NCBI GenBank assembly: GCA_964016885.1
Contig: OZ024740.1
Coordinates: forward strand, 95,604,001 to 95,668,000
Direction of reading: 5' to 3'
Length of the DNA: 64,000 nt
Source of the DNA: Eledone cirrhosa
Lineage: Eukaryota
A model generated the notes under the pieces. The model ran no database searches, was not told the DNA's origin, and was given only the letters and a program-made list of their open reading frames with translations. Of the stretch, positions 24,301-39,300 are shown in pieces; position 1 is the stretch's first letter; the number at the start of each line of letters is the position of its first letter. The position numbers were made by a program, and so were the translations under genes.

Positions 24301-27300
24301 AATATATACCCATCTTCCGGCTTCTCTAGAGAATTGTAAAAGCACATATCGTTATATGCTTTTTTCTATGAAAATTAGTAGTGGGCAGACTAGTTTGCTT
24401 AGAACTTGAGTCATTGTACGCACCGGTTCAGCGGAAACGATAAAAACAAATAACGAAACGAAATTAAATTTCGTTTCGCTTCTAACTCACTTTAGTATGA
24501 CTGACGCTTAAACAATTAAGTTACAGTGTACATCTACATATGTATACGGAACTACTAGTATGCATATAAATACACACATGTATACATATGTACATGTACT
24601 GAGTTTTTCACTAGACACTTTACAGTGAGTGTTCAGCTAGTCTGTATGTAACCAAACAGACGAACAGGGTTTTAGAGTCATACGAGTTTTCAAGGAAACA
24701 GACTTCCTCTATTCTCCAGAGAGCCAGACAGGAATATTGGACTAGTTTCGATGTTATTACATCTCATCAGCAATATATACCCATCTTCCGGCTTCTCTAG
24801 AGAATTGTAAAAGCACATATCGTTATATGCTTTTTTCTATGAAAATTAGTAGTGGGCAGACTAGTTTGCTTAGAACTTGAGTCATTGTACGCACCGGTTC
24901 AGCGGAAACGATAAAAACAAATAACGAAACGAAATTAAATTTCGTTTCGCTTCTAACTCACTTTTGTATGACTGACGCTTAAACAATTAAGTTACAGTGT
25001 ACATCTACATATGTATACGGAAGTACTAGTATGCATATAAATACACACATGTATACATATGTACATGTACTAAGTTTTTCACTAGACACTTTACAGTGAG
25101 TGTTCAGCTAGTCTGTATGTAACCAAACAGACGAACCGGGTTTTAGAGTCATGCGAGTTTTCAAGGAAACAGACTTCCTCTATTCTCCAGAGAGCCAGAC
25201 AGGAATATTGGACTAGTTTCGATGTTATTACATCTCATCAGCAATATATACCCATCTTCCGGCTTCTCTAGAGAATTGTAAAAGCACATATCGTTATATG
25301 CTTTTTTCTATGAAAATTAGTAGTGGGCAGACTAGTTTGCTTAGAACTTGAGTCATTGTACGCACCGGTTCAGCGGAAACGATAAAAACAAATAACGAAA
25401 CGAAATTAAATTTCGTTTCGCTTCTAACTCACTTTTGTATGACTGACGCTTAAACAATTAAGTTAAAGTGTACATCTACATATGTATACGGAAGTACTAG
25501 TATGCATATAAATACACACATGTATACATATGTACATGTACTGAGTTTTTCACTAGACACTTTACAGTGAGTGTCCAGCTAGTCTGTATGTAACCAAACA
25601 GACGAACCGGGTTTTAGAGTCATACGAGTTTTCAAGGAAACAGACTTCCTCTATTCTTCAGAGAGCCAGACAGGAATATTGGACTAGTTTCGATGTTATT
25701 ACATCTCATCAGCAATATAAACCCATCTTCCGGCTTCTCTAGAGAATTGTAAAAGCAAATATCGTTATATGCTTTTTCTATGAAAATTAGTAGTGGGCAG
25801 ACTAATTTGCATAGAACGTGAGTCATTGTACTCACCAGTTCAGCGGAAACGATAAAAACAAATAACGAAACGAAATTAAATTTCGTTTCGCTTCTAACTC
25901 ACTTTTGTATGACTGACGCTTAAACAATTAAGTTAAAGTGTACATCTATATATGTATACGGAAGTACTAGTATGCATATAAATACACACATGTAGACATA
26001 TGTACATGTACTGAGTTTTTCACTAGACACTTTACAGTGAGTGTCCAGCTAGTCTGTATGTAACCAAACAGACGAACCGGGTTTTAGAGTCATACGAGTT
26101 TTCAAGGAAACAGACTTCCTCTATTCTCCAGAGAGCCAGACAGGAATATTGGACTAGTTTCGATGTTATTACATCTCATCAGCAATATAAACCCATCTTC
26201 CGGCTTCTCTAGAGAATTGTAAAAGCACATATCGTTATATGCTTTTTCTATGAAAATTAGTAGTGGGCAGACTAATTTGCATAGAACGTGAGTCATTGTA
26301 CGCACCGGTTCAGCGGAAACGATAAAAACAAATAACGAAACGAAATTAAATTTCGTTTCGCTTCTAACTCACTTTTGTATGACTGACGCTTAAACAATTA
26401 AGTTAAAGTGTACATCTACATATGTATACGGAAGTACTAGTATGCATATAAATACACACATGTATACATATGTACATGTACTGAGTTTTTCACTAGACAC
26501 TTTACAGTGAGTGTCCAGCTAGTCTGTATGTAACCAAACAGACGAACCGGGTTTTAGAGTCATACGAGTTTTCAAGGAAACAGACTTCCTCTATTCTCCA
26601 GAGAGCCAGACAGGAATATTGGACTAGTTTCGATGTTATTACATCTCATCAGCAATATAAACCCATCTTCCGGCTTCTCTAGAGAATTGTAAAAGCAAAT
26701 ATCGTTATATGCTTTTTCTATGAAAATTAGTAGTGGGCAGACTAATTTGCATAGAACGTGAGTCATTGTACGCACCAGTTCAGCGGAAACGATAAAAACA
26801 AATAACGAAACGAAATTAAATTTCGTTTCGCTTCTAACTCACTTTTGTATGACTGACGCTTAAACAATTAAGTTAAAGTGTACATCTATATATGTATACG
26901 GAAGTACTAGTATAAATATAAACACACACATGTATACATATGTACATGTACTGAGTTTTTCACTAGACACTTTACAGTGAGTGTCCAGCTAGTCTGTATG
27001 TAACCAAACAGACGAACCGGGTTTTAGAGTCATACGAGTTTTCAAGGAAACAGACTTCCTCTATGCTCCAGAGAGCCAGACAGGAATATTGGACTAGTTT
27101 CGATGATATTACATCTCATCAGCAATATTTAGCCATCTTCCGGCTTCTCTAGAGAATTGTAAAAGCACATATCGTTATATGCTTTTTCTATGAAAATTAG
27201 TAGAGGGCAGACTAATTTGCTTAGAACGTGAGTCATTGTACGCACCGGTTCAGCGGAAACGATAAAAACAAATAACGAAACGAAATTAGATTTCGTTTCG

Positions 27301-30300
27301 CTTCTAACTCACTTTTGTATGACTGACGCTTAAACAATTAAGTTAAAGTGTACATCTACATATGTATACGGAAGTACTAGTATGCATATAAATACACACA
27401 TGTATACATATGTACATGTACTGAGTTTTTCACTAGACACTTTACAGTGAGTGTTCAGCTAGTCTGTATGTAACCAAACAGACGAACCGGGTTTTAGAGT
27501 CATACGAGTTTTCAAGGAAACAGACTTCCTCTATTCTCCAGAGAGCCAGACAGGAATATTGGACTAGTTTCGATGTTATTACATCTCATCAGCAATATAA
27601 ACCCATCTTCCCGCTTCTCTAGAGAATTGTAAAAGCAAATATCGTTATATGCTTTTTCTATGAAAATTAGTAGTGGGCAGACTAATTTGCATAGAACGTG
27701 AGTCATTGTACGCACCAGTTCAGCGGAAACGATAAAAACAAATAACGAAACGAAATTAAATTTCGTTTCGCTTCTAACTCACTTTTGTATGACTGACGCT
27801 TAAACAATTAAGTTAAAGTGTACATCTACATATGTATACGGAAGTACTAGTATGCATATAAATACACACATGTATACATATGTACATGTACTGAGTTTTT
27901 CACTAGACACTTTACAGTGAGTGTCCAGCTAGTCTGTATGTAACCAAACAGACGAACCGGGTTTTAGAGTGATACGAGTTTTCAAGGAAACAGACTTCCT
28001 CTATTCTCCAGAGAGCCAGACGGGAATATTGGACTAGTTTCGATGTTATTACATCTCATCAGCAATATAAACCCATCTTCCGGCTTCTCTAGAGAATTGT
28101 AAAAGCACATATCGTTATATGCTTTTTCTATAAAAATTAGTAGTGGGCAGACTAGTTTGCTTAGAACTTGAGTCATTGTACGCACCGGTTCAGCGGAAAC
28201 GATAAAAACAAATAACGAAACGAAATTAAATTTCGTTTCGCTTCTAACTCACTTTTGTATGACTGACGCTTAAACAATTAAGTTACAGTGTACATCTACA
28301 TATGTATACGGAAGTACTAGTATGCATATAAATACACACATGTATACATATGTACATGTACTGAGTTTTTCACTAGACACTTTACAGTGAGTGTTCAGCT
28401 AGTCTGTATGTAACCAAACAGACGAACCGGGTTTTAGAGTCATACGAGTTTTCAAGGAAACAGACTTCCTCTATTCTCCAGAGAGCCAGACAGGAATATT
28501 GGACTAGTTTCGATGTTATTACATCTCATCAGCATTATATACCCATCTTCCGGCTTCTCTAGAGAATTGTAAAAGCACATATCGTTATATGCTTTTTTCT
28601 ATGAAAATTAGTAGTGGGCAGACTAGTTTGCTTAGAACTTGAGTCATTGTACGCACCGGTTCAGCGGAAACGATAAAAACAAATAACGAAACGAAATTAA
28701 ATTTCGTTTCGCTTCTAACTCACTTTAGTATGACTGACGCTTAAACAATTAAGTTACAGTGTACATCTACATATGTATACGGAACTACTAGTATGCATAT
28801 AAATACACACATGTATACATATGTACATGTACTGAGTTTTTCACTAGACACTTTACAGTGAGTGTTCAGCTAGTCTGTATGTAACCAAACAGACGAACAG
28901 GGTTTTAGAGTCATACGAGTTTTCAAGGAAACAGACTTCCTCTATTCTCCAGAGAGCCAGACAGGAATATTGGACTAGTTTCGATGTTATTACATCTCAT
29001 CAGCAATATATACCCATCTTCCGGCTTCTCTAGAGAATTGTAAAAGCACATATCGTTATATGCTTTTTTCTATGAAAATTAGTAGTGGGCAGACTAGTTT
29101 GCTTAGAACTTGAGTCATTGTACGCACCGGTTCAGCGGAAACGATAAAAACAAATAACGAAACGAAATTAAATTTCGTTTCGCTTCTAACTCACTTTTGT
29201 ATGACTGACGCTTAAACAATTAAGTTACAGTGTACATCTACATATGTATACGGAAGTACTAGTATGCATATAAATACACACATGTATACATATGTACATG
29301 TACTGAGTTTTTCACTAGACACTTTACAGTGAGTGTTCAGCTAGTCTGTATGTAACCAAACAGACGAACCGGGTTTTAGAGTCATGCGAGTTTTCAAGGA
29401 AACAGACTTCCTCTATTCTCCAGAGAGCCAGACAGGAATATTGGACTAGTTTCGATGTTATTACATCTCATCAGCAATATATACCCATCTTCCGGCTTCT
29501 CTAGAGAATTGTAAAAGCACATATCGTTATATGCTTTTTTCTATGAAAATTAGTAGTGGGCAGACTAGTTTGCTTAGAACTTGAGTCATTGTACGCACCG
29601 GTTCAGCGGAAACGATAAAAACAAATAACGAAACGAAATTAAATTTCGTTTCGCTTCTAACTCACTTTTGTATGACTGACGCTTAAACAATTAAGTTAAA
29701 GTGTACATCTACATATGTATACGGAAGTACTAGTATGCATATAAATACACACATGTATACATATGTACATGTACTGAGTTTTTCACTAGACACTTTACAG
29801 TGAGTGTCCAGCTAGTCTGTATGTAACCAAACAGACGAACCGGGTTTTAGAGTCATACGAGTTTTCAAGGAAACAGACTTCCTCTATTCTCCAGAGAGCC
29901 AGACAGGAATATTGGACTAGTTTCGATGTTATTACATCTCATCAGCAATATAAACCCATCTTCCGGCTTCTCTAGAGAATTGTAAAAGCAAATATCGTTA
30001 TATGCTTTTTCTATGAAAATTAGTAGTGGGCAGACTAATTTGCATAGAACGTGAGTCATTGTACGCACCAGTTCAGCGGAAACGATAAAAACAAATAACG
30101 AAACGAAATTAAATTTCGTTTCGCTTCTAACTCACTTTTGTATGACTGACGCTTAAACAATTAAGTTAAAGTGTACATCTATATATGTATACGGAAGTAC
30201 TAGTATAAATATAAACACACACATGTATACATATGTACATGTACTGAGTTTTTCACTAGACACTTTACAGTGAGTGTCCAGCTAGTCTGTATGTAACCAA

Positions 30301-33300
30301 ACAGACGAACCGGGTTTTAGAGTCATACGAGTTTTCAAGGAAACAGACTTCCTCTATTCTCCAGAGAGCCAGACAGGAATATTGGACTAGTTTCGATGAT
30401 ATTACATCTCATCAGCAATATTTAGCCATCTTCCGGCTTCTCTAGAGAATTGTAAAAGCACATATCGTTATATGCTTTTTCTATGAAAATTAGTAGAGGG
30501 CAGACTAATTTGCTTAGAACGTGAGTCATTGTACGCACCGGTTCAGCGGAAACGATAAAAACAAATAACGAAACGAAATTAGATTTCGTTTCGCTTCTAA
30601 CTCACTTTTGTATGACTGACGCTTAAACAATTAAGTTAAAGTGTACATCTACATATGTATACGGAAGTACTAGTATGCATATAAATACACACATGTATAC
30701 ATATGTACATGTACTGAGTTTTTCACTAGACACTTTACAGTGAGTGTTCAGCTAGTCTGTATGTAACCAAACAGACGAACCGGGTTTTAGAGTCATACGA
30801 GTTTTCAAGGAAACAGACTTCCTCTATTCTCCAGAGAGCCAGACAGGAATATTGGACTAGTTTCGATGTTATTACATCTCATCAGCAATATAAACCCATC
30901 TTCCCGCTTCTCTAGAGAATTGTAAAAGCAAATATCGTTATATGCTTTTTCTATGAAAATTAGTAGTGGGCAGACTAATTTGCATAGAACGTGAGTCATT
31001 GTACGCACCAGTTCAGCGGAAACGATAAAAACAAATAACGAAACGAAATTAAATTTCGTTTCGCTTCTAACTCACTTTTGTATGACTGACGCTTAAACAA
31101 TTAAGTTAAAGTGTACATCTACATATGTATACGGAAGTACTAGTATGCATATAAATACACACATGTATACATATGTACATGTACTGAGTTTTTCACTAGA
31201 CACTTTACAGTGAGTGTCCAGCTAGTCTGTATGTAACCAAACAGACGAACCGGGTTTTAGAGTGATACGAGTTTTCAAGGAAACAGACTTCCTCTATTCT
31301 CCAGAGAGCCAGACGGGAATATTGGACTAGTTTCGATGTTATTACATCTCATCAGCAATATAAACCCATCTTCCGGCTTCTCTAGAGAATTGTAAAAGCA
31401 CATATCGTTATATGCTTTTTCTATAAAAATTAGTAGTGGGCAGACTAGTTTGCTTAGAACTTGAGTCATTGTACGCACCGGTTCAGCGGAAACGATAAAA
31501 ACAAATAACGAAACGAAATTAAATTTCGTTTCGCTTCTAACTCACTTTTGTATGACTGACGCTTAAACAATTAAGTTACAGTGTACATCTACATATGTAT
31601 ACGGAAGTACTAGTATGCATATAAATACACACATGTATACATATGTACATGTACTGAGTTTTTCACTAGACACTTTACAGTGAGTGTTCAGCTAGTCTGT
31701 ATGTAACCAAACAGACGAACCGGGTTTTAGAGTCATACGAGTTTTCAAGGAAACAGACTTCCTCTATTCTCCAGAGAGCCAGACAGGAATATTGGACTAG
31801 TTTCGATGTTATTACATCTCATCAGCAATATATACCCATCTTCCGGCTTCTCTAGAGAATTGTAAAAGCACATATCGTTATATGCTTTTTTCTATGAAAA
31901 TTAGTAGTGGGCAGACTAGTTTGCTTAGAACTTGAGTCATTGTACGCACCGGTTCAGCGGAAACGATAAAAACAAATAACGAAACGAAATTAAATTTCGT
32001 TTCGCTTCTAACTCACTTTTGTATGACTGACGCTTAAACAATTAAGTTAAAGTGTACATCTACATATGTATACGGAAGTACTAGTATGCATATAAAAACA
32101 CACATGTATACATATGTACATGTACTGAGTTTTTCACTAGACACTTTACAGTGAGTGTCCAGCTAGTCTGTATGTAACCAAACAGAAGAACCGGGTTTTA
32201 GAGTCATACGAGTTTTCAAGGAAACACACTTCCTCTATTCTCCAGAGAGCCAGACAGGAATATTGGACTAGTTTCGATGTTATTACATCTCATCAGCAAT
32301 ATAAACCCATCTTCCGGCTTCTCTAGAGAATTGTAAAAGCAAATATCGTTATATGCTTTTTCTATGAAAATTAGTAGTGGGCAGACTAATTTGCATAGAA
32401 CGTGAGTCATTGTACGCACCAGTTCAGCGGAAACGATAAAAACAAATAACGAAACGAAATTAAATTTCGTTTCGCTTCTAACTCACTTTTGTATGACTGA
32501 CGCTTAAACAATTAAGTTAAAGTGTACATCTACATATGTATACGGAAGTACTAGTATGCATATAAATACACACATGTATACATATGTACATGTACTGAGT
32601 TTTTCACTAGACACTTTACAGTGAGTGTCCAGCTAGTCTGTATGTAACCAAACAGACGAACCGGGTTTTAGAGTCATACGAGTTTTCAAGGAAACAGACT
32701 TCCTCTATTCTCCAGAGAGCCAGACAGGAATATTGGACTAGTTTCGATGTTATTACATCTCATCAGCAATATAAACCCATCTTCCGGCTTCTCTAGAGAA
32801 TTGTAAAAGCACATATCGTTATATGCTTTTTCTATGAAAATTAGTAGTGGGCAGACTAATTTGCATAGAACGTGAGTCATTGTACGCACCGGTTCAGCGG
32901 AAACGATAAAAACAAATAACGAAACGAAATTAAATTTCGTTTCGCTTCTAACTCACTTTTGTATGACTGACGCTTAAACAATTAAGTTAAAGTGTACATC
33001 TACATATGTATACGGAAGTACTAGTATGCATATAAATACACACATGTATACATATGTACATGTACTGAGTTTTTCACTAGACACTTTACAGTGAGTGTCC
33101 AGCTAGTCTGTATGTAACCAAACAGACGAACCGGGTTTTAGAGTCATACGAGTTTTCAAGGAAACAGACTTCCTCTATTCTCCAGAGAGCCAGACAGGAA
33201 TATTGGACTAGTTTCGATGTTATTACATCTCATCAGCAATATAAACCCATCTTCCGGCTTCTCTAGAGAATTGTAAAAGCAAATATCGTTATATGCTTTT

Positions 33301-36300
33301 TCTATGAAAATTAGTAGTGGGCAGACTAATTTGCATAGAACGTGAGTCATTGTACGCACCAGTTCAGCGGAAACGATAAAAACAAATAACGAAACGAAAT
33401 TAAATTTCGTTTCGCTTCTAACTCACTTTTGTATGACTGACGCTTAAACAATTAAGTTAAAGTGTACATCTATATATGTATACGGAAGTACTAGTATAAA
33501 TATAAATACACACATGTATACATATGTACATGTACTGAGTTTTTCACTAGACACTTTACAGTGAGTGTCCAGCTAGTCTGTATGTAACCAAACAGACGAA
33601 CCGGGTTTTAGAGTCATACGAGTTTTCAAGGAAACAGACTTCCTCTATTCTCCAGAGAGCCAGACAGGAATATTGGACTAGTTTCGATGATATTACATCT
33701 CATCAGCAATATTTAGCCATCTTCCGGCTTCTCTAGAGAATTGTAAAAGCACATATCGTTATATGCTTTTTCTATGAAAATTAGTAGAGGGCAGACTAAT
33801 TTGCTTAGAACGTGAGTCATTGTACGCACCGGTTCAGCGGAAACGATAAAAACAAATAACGAAACGAAATTAGATTTCGTTTCGCTTCTAACTCACTTTT
33901 GTATGACTGACGCTTAAACAATTAAGTTAAAGTGTACATCTACATATGTATACGGAAGTACTAGTATGCATATAAATACACACATGTATACATATGTACA
34001 TGTACTGAGTTTTTCACTAGACACTTTACAGTGAGTGTCCAGCTAATCTGTATGTAACCAAACAGACGAACCGGGTTTTAGAGTCATACGAGTTTTCAAG
34101 GAAACAGACTTCCTCTATTCTCCAGAGAGCCAGACAGGAATATTGGACTAGTTTCGATGTTATTACATCTCATCCGCAATATATACCCATCTTCCGGCTT
34201 CTCTAGAGAATTGTAAAAGCACATATCGTTATATGCTTTTTCTATGAAAATTAGTAGTGGGCAGACTAATTTGCATAGAACGTGAGTCATTGTACGCACC
34301 GGTTCAGCGGAAACAATAAAAGCAAATAACGAAACGAAATTAAATTTCGTTTCGCTTCTAACTCACTTTTGTATGACTGACGCTTAAACAATTAAGTTAC
34401 AGTGTACATCTACATATGTATACGGAAGTACTAGTATGCATATAAATACACACATGTATACATATGTACATGTACTGAGTTTTTCACTAGACACTTTACA
34501 GTGAGTGTTCAGCTAGTCTGTATGTAACCAAACAGACGAACCGGGTTTTAGAGTCATACGAGTTTTCAAGGAAACAGACTTTCTCTATTCTCCAGAGAGC
34601 CAGACAGGAATATTGGACTAGTTTCGATGTTATTACATCTCATCAGCAATATAAACCCATCTTCCCGCTTCTCTAGAGAATTGTAAAAGCAAATATCGTT
34701 ATATGCTTTTTCTATGAAAATTAGTAGTGGGCAGACTAATTTGCATAGAACGTGAGTCATTGTACGCACCAGTTCAGCGGAAACGATAAAAACAAATAAC
34801 GAAACGAAATTAAATTTCGTTTCGCTTCTAACTCACTTTTGTATGACTGACGCTTAAACAATTAAGTTAAAGTGTACATCTACATATGTATACGGAAGTA
34901 CTAGTATGCATATAAATACACACATGTATACATATGTACATGTACTGAGTTTTTCACTAGACACTTTTCAGTGAGTGTCCAGCTAGTCTGTATGTAACCA
35001 AACAGACGAACCGGGTTTTAGAGTGATACGAGTTTTCAAGGAAACAGACTTCCTCTATTCTCCAGAGAGCCAGACGGGAATATTGGACTAGTTTCGATGT
35101 TATTACATCTCATCAGCAATATAAACCCATCTTCCGGCTTCTCTAGAGAATTGTAAAAGCACATATCGTTATATGCTTTTTCTATGAAAATTAGTAGTGG
35201 GCAGACTAATTTGCATAGAACGTGAGTCATTGTACGCACCGGTTCAGCGGAAACGATAAAAACAAATAACGAAACGAAATTAAATTTCGTTTCGCTTCTA
35301 ACTCACTTTTGTATGACTGACGCTTAAACAATTAAGTTAAAGTGTACATCTACATATGTATACGGAAGTACTAGTATGCATATAAATACACACATGTATA
35401 CATATGTACATGTACTGAGTTTTTCACTAGACACTTTACAGTGAGTGTCCAGCTAGTCTGTATGTAACCAAACAGACGAACCGGGTTTTAGAGTCATACG
35501 AGTTTTCAAGGAAACACACTTCCTCTATTCTCTAGAGAGCCAGACAGGAATATTGGACTAGTTTCGATGTTATTACATCTCATCAGCAATATAAACCCAT
35601 CTTCCGGCTTCTCTAGAGAATTGTAATAGCACATATCGTTATATGCGTTTTCTATGAAAATTAGTAGTGAAAACATTAATTTGCATAGAACGTGAGTCAT
35701 TGTACGCACCGGTTTAGCGGAAACGATAAAAACAAGTAACGAAACGAAATTAAATTTCGTTTCGCTTATAACTCACTTTTGTATGGCTGACGCTTAAACA
35801 ATTAAGTTAAAGTGTACATCTACATATGTATACGGAAGTACTAGTATGCATATAAATACACACATGTATACATATGTACAAGTACTGAGTTTTTCACTAG
35901 ACACTTTACAGTGAGTGTCCAGCTAGTCTGTATGTAACCAAACAGACGAACCGGCTTTTAGAGTCATACGAGTTTTCAAGGAAACAGACTTCCTCTATTC
36001 TCCAGAGAGCCAGACAGGAATATTGGACTTGTTTCGATGTTATTACATATCATCAACAATATATACCCATCTTCCGGCTTCTCTAGAGAATTGTAAAAGC
36101 ACATATCGTTATATGCTTTTTTCTATGAAAATTAGTAGTGGGCAGACTAATTTGCTTAGAACGTGAGTCATTGTACGCACCGGTTCAGCGGAAACGATAA
36201 AAACAAATAACGAAACGAAATTAAATTTCGTTTCGCTTCTAACTCACTTTTGTATGACTGACGCTTAAACAATTAAGTTAAAGTGTACATCTACATATGT

Positions 36301-39300
36301 ATACGGAAGTACTAGTATGCTTATAAATACACACATGTATACATATGTACATGTACTGAGTTTTTCAATAGACACTTTACAGTGAGTGTCCAGCTAGTCT
36401 GTATGTAACCAAACAGACGAACCGGGTTTTAGAGTCATACGAGTTTTCAAGGAAACACGCTTCCTCTATTCTCCAGAGAGCCAGACAGGAATATTGGACT
36501 AGTTTCGATGTTATTACATCTCATCAGCAATATAAACCCATCTTCCGGCTTCTCTAGAGAATTGTAAAAGCACATATCGTTATATGCTTTTTCTATGAAA
36601 ATTAGTAGTGGGCAGACTAATTTGCATAGAACGTGAGTCATTGTACGCACCGGTTCAGCGGAAACGATAAAAACAAATAACGAAACGAAATTAAATTTCG
36701 TTTCGCTTCTAACTCACTTTTCTATGACTGACGCTTAAACAATTAAGTTAAAGTGTACATCTACATATGTATACGGAAGTACTAGTATGCATATAAATAC
36801 ACACATGTATACATATGTACATGTACTGAGTTTTTCGCTAGACACTTTACAGTGAGTGTCCAGCTAGTCTGTATGTAACCAAACAGACGAACCGGGTTTT
36901 AGAGTCATACGAGTTTTCAAGGAAACATACTTCCTCTCTTCCCCAGAGAGCCAGACAGGAATATTGGACTTGTTTCGATGTTATTACATCTCATCAGCAA
37001 TATATACCCATCTTCCGGCTTCTCTAGAGAATTGTAAAAGCTCATATCGTTATATGCTTTTTCTATGAAAATTAGTAGTGGGCAGACTAATTTGCATAGA
37101 ACGTGAGTCATTGTACGCACCGGTTCAGCGGAAACGATAAAAACAAATAACGAAACGAAATTAAATTTCGGTTCGCTACTAACTCACTTTTCTATGACTG
37201 ACGCTTAAACAATTAAGTTAAAGTGTACATCTACATATGTATACGGAAGTACTAGTATGCATATAAATACACACATGTATACATATGTACATGTTCTGAG
37301 TTTTTCACTAGACACTTTACAGTGAGTGTCCAGCTAGTCTGTATGTAACCAAACAGACGAACCGGGTTTTAGCGTCATACGAGTTATCAAGGAAACACAC
37401 TTCCTCTATTCTCCAGAGAGCCAGACAGGAATATTGGACTAGTTTCGATGTTATTACATCTCATCAGCAATAATAACCCATCTTCCGGCTTCTCTAGAGA
37501 ATTGTAAAAGCACATATCGTTATATGCTTTTTCTATGAAAATTAGTAGTGGGCAGACTAATTTGCATAGAACGTGAGTCATTGTACGCACCGGTTCAGCG
37601 GAAACGATAAAAACAAATAACGAAACGAAATTAAATTTCGGTTCGCTACTAACTCACTTTTCTATGACTGACGCTTAAACAATTAAGTTAAAGTGTACAT
37701 CTACATATGTATACGGAAGTACTAGTATGCATATAAATACACACATGTATACATATGTACATGTACTGAGTTTTTCACTAGACACTTTACAGTGAGTGTC
37801 CAGCTAGTCTGTATGTAACCAAACAGACGAACCGGGTTTTAGAGTCATACGAGTTTTCAAGGAAACACACTTCCTCTATTCTCCAGAGAGCCAGACAGGA
37901 ATATTGGACTAGTTTCGATGTTATTACATCTCATCAGCAATAATAACCCATCTTCCGGCTTCTCTAGAGAATTGTAAAAGCACATATCGTTATATGCTTT
38001 TTCTATGAAAATTAGTAGTGGGCAGACTAATTTGCATAGAACGTGAGTCATTGTACGCACCGGTTCAGCGGAAACGATAAAAGCAAATAACGAAACGAAA
38101 TTAAATTTCGTTTCGCTTCTAACTCACTTTTGTATGTTTGACGCTTAAACAATTAAGTTAAAGTGTACATCTACATATGTATACGGAAGTACTAGTATGC
38201 ATATAAATACACACATGTATACATATGTACATGTACTGAGTTTTTCACTAGACACTTTACAGTGAGTGTCCAGCTAGTCTGTATGTAACCAAACAGACGA
38301 ACCGGGTTTTAGAGTCATACGAGCTTTCAAGGAAACACACTTCCTCTATTCACCAGAGAGCCAGACAGGAATATTGGACTAGTTTCGATGTTATTACATC
38401 TCATCAGCAATAATAACCCATCTTGCGGCTTCTCTAGAGAATTGTAAAAGCACATATCGTTATATGCTTTTTCTATGAAAGTTAGTAGTGGGCAGACTAA
38501 TTTGCATAGAACGTGAGTCATTGTACGCACCGGTTCCGCGGAAACGATAAAAACAAATAACGAAACGAAATTAAATTTCGTTTCGCTTCTAACTCACTTT
38601 TGTATGACTGTCGCTTAAACAATTAAGTTAAAGTGTACATCTACATATGTATACGGAAGTACTAGTATGCATATAAATACACACATGTATACATATGTAC
38701 ATGTACTGAGTTTTTCACCAGACACTTTACAGTGAGTGTCCAGCTAGTCTGTATGTAACCAAACAGACGAACCGGCTTTTAGAGTCATACGAGTTTTCAA
38801 GGAAACACACTTCCTCTATTCTCCAGAGAGCCAGACAGGAATATTGGACTTGTTTCGATGTTATTACATCTCATCAGCAATATATACCCATCTTCCGGCT
38901 TCTCTAGAGAATTGTAAAAGCACATATCGTTATATGCTTTTTCTATGAAAATTAGTAGTGGGCAGACTAATTTGCATAGAACGTGAGTCATTGTACGCAC
39001 TGGTTCAGCGGAGACGATAAAAACAAATAACGAAACGAAATTAAATTTCGTTTCGCTTCTAACTCACTTTTGTATGACTGACGCTTAGACAATTAAGTTA
39101 AAGTGTACATCTACATATGTATACGGAAGTACTAGTATGCATATAAATACACACATGTATACATATGTACATGTACTGAGTTTTTCACTAGACACTTTAC
39201 AGTGAGTGTCCAGCTAGTCTCTTTGTAACCAAACAGACGAACCGGGTTTTAGAGTTATACGAGTTTTCAAGGAAACAGACTTCCTCTATTCTCCAGAGAG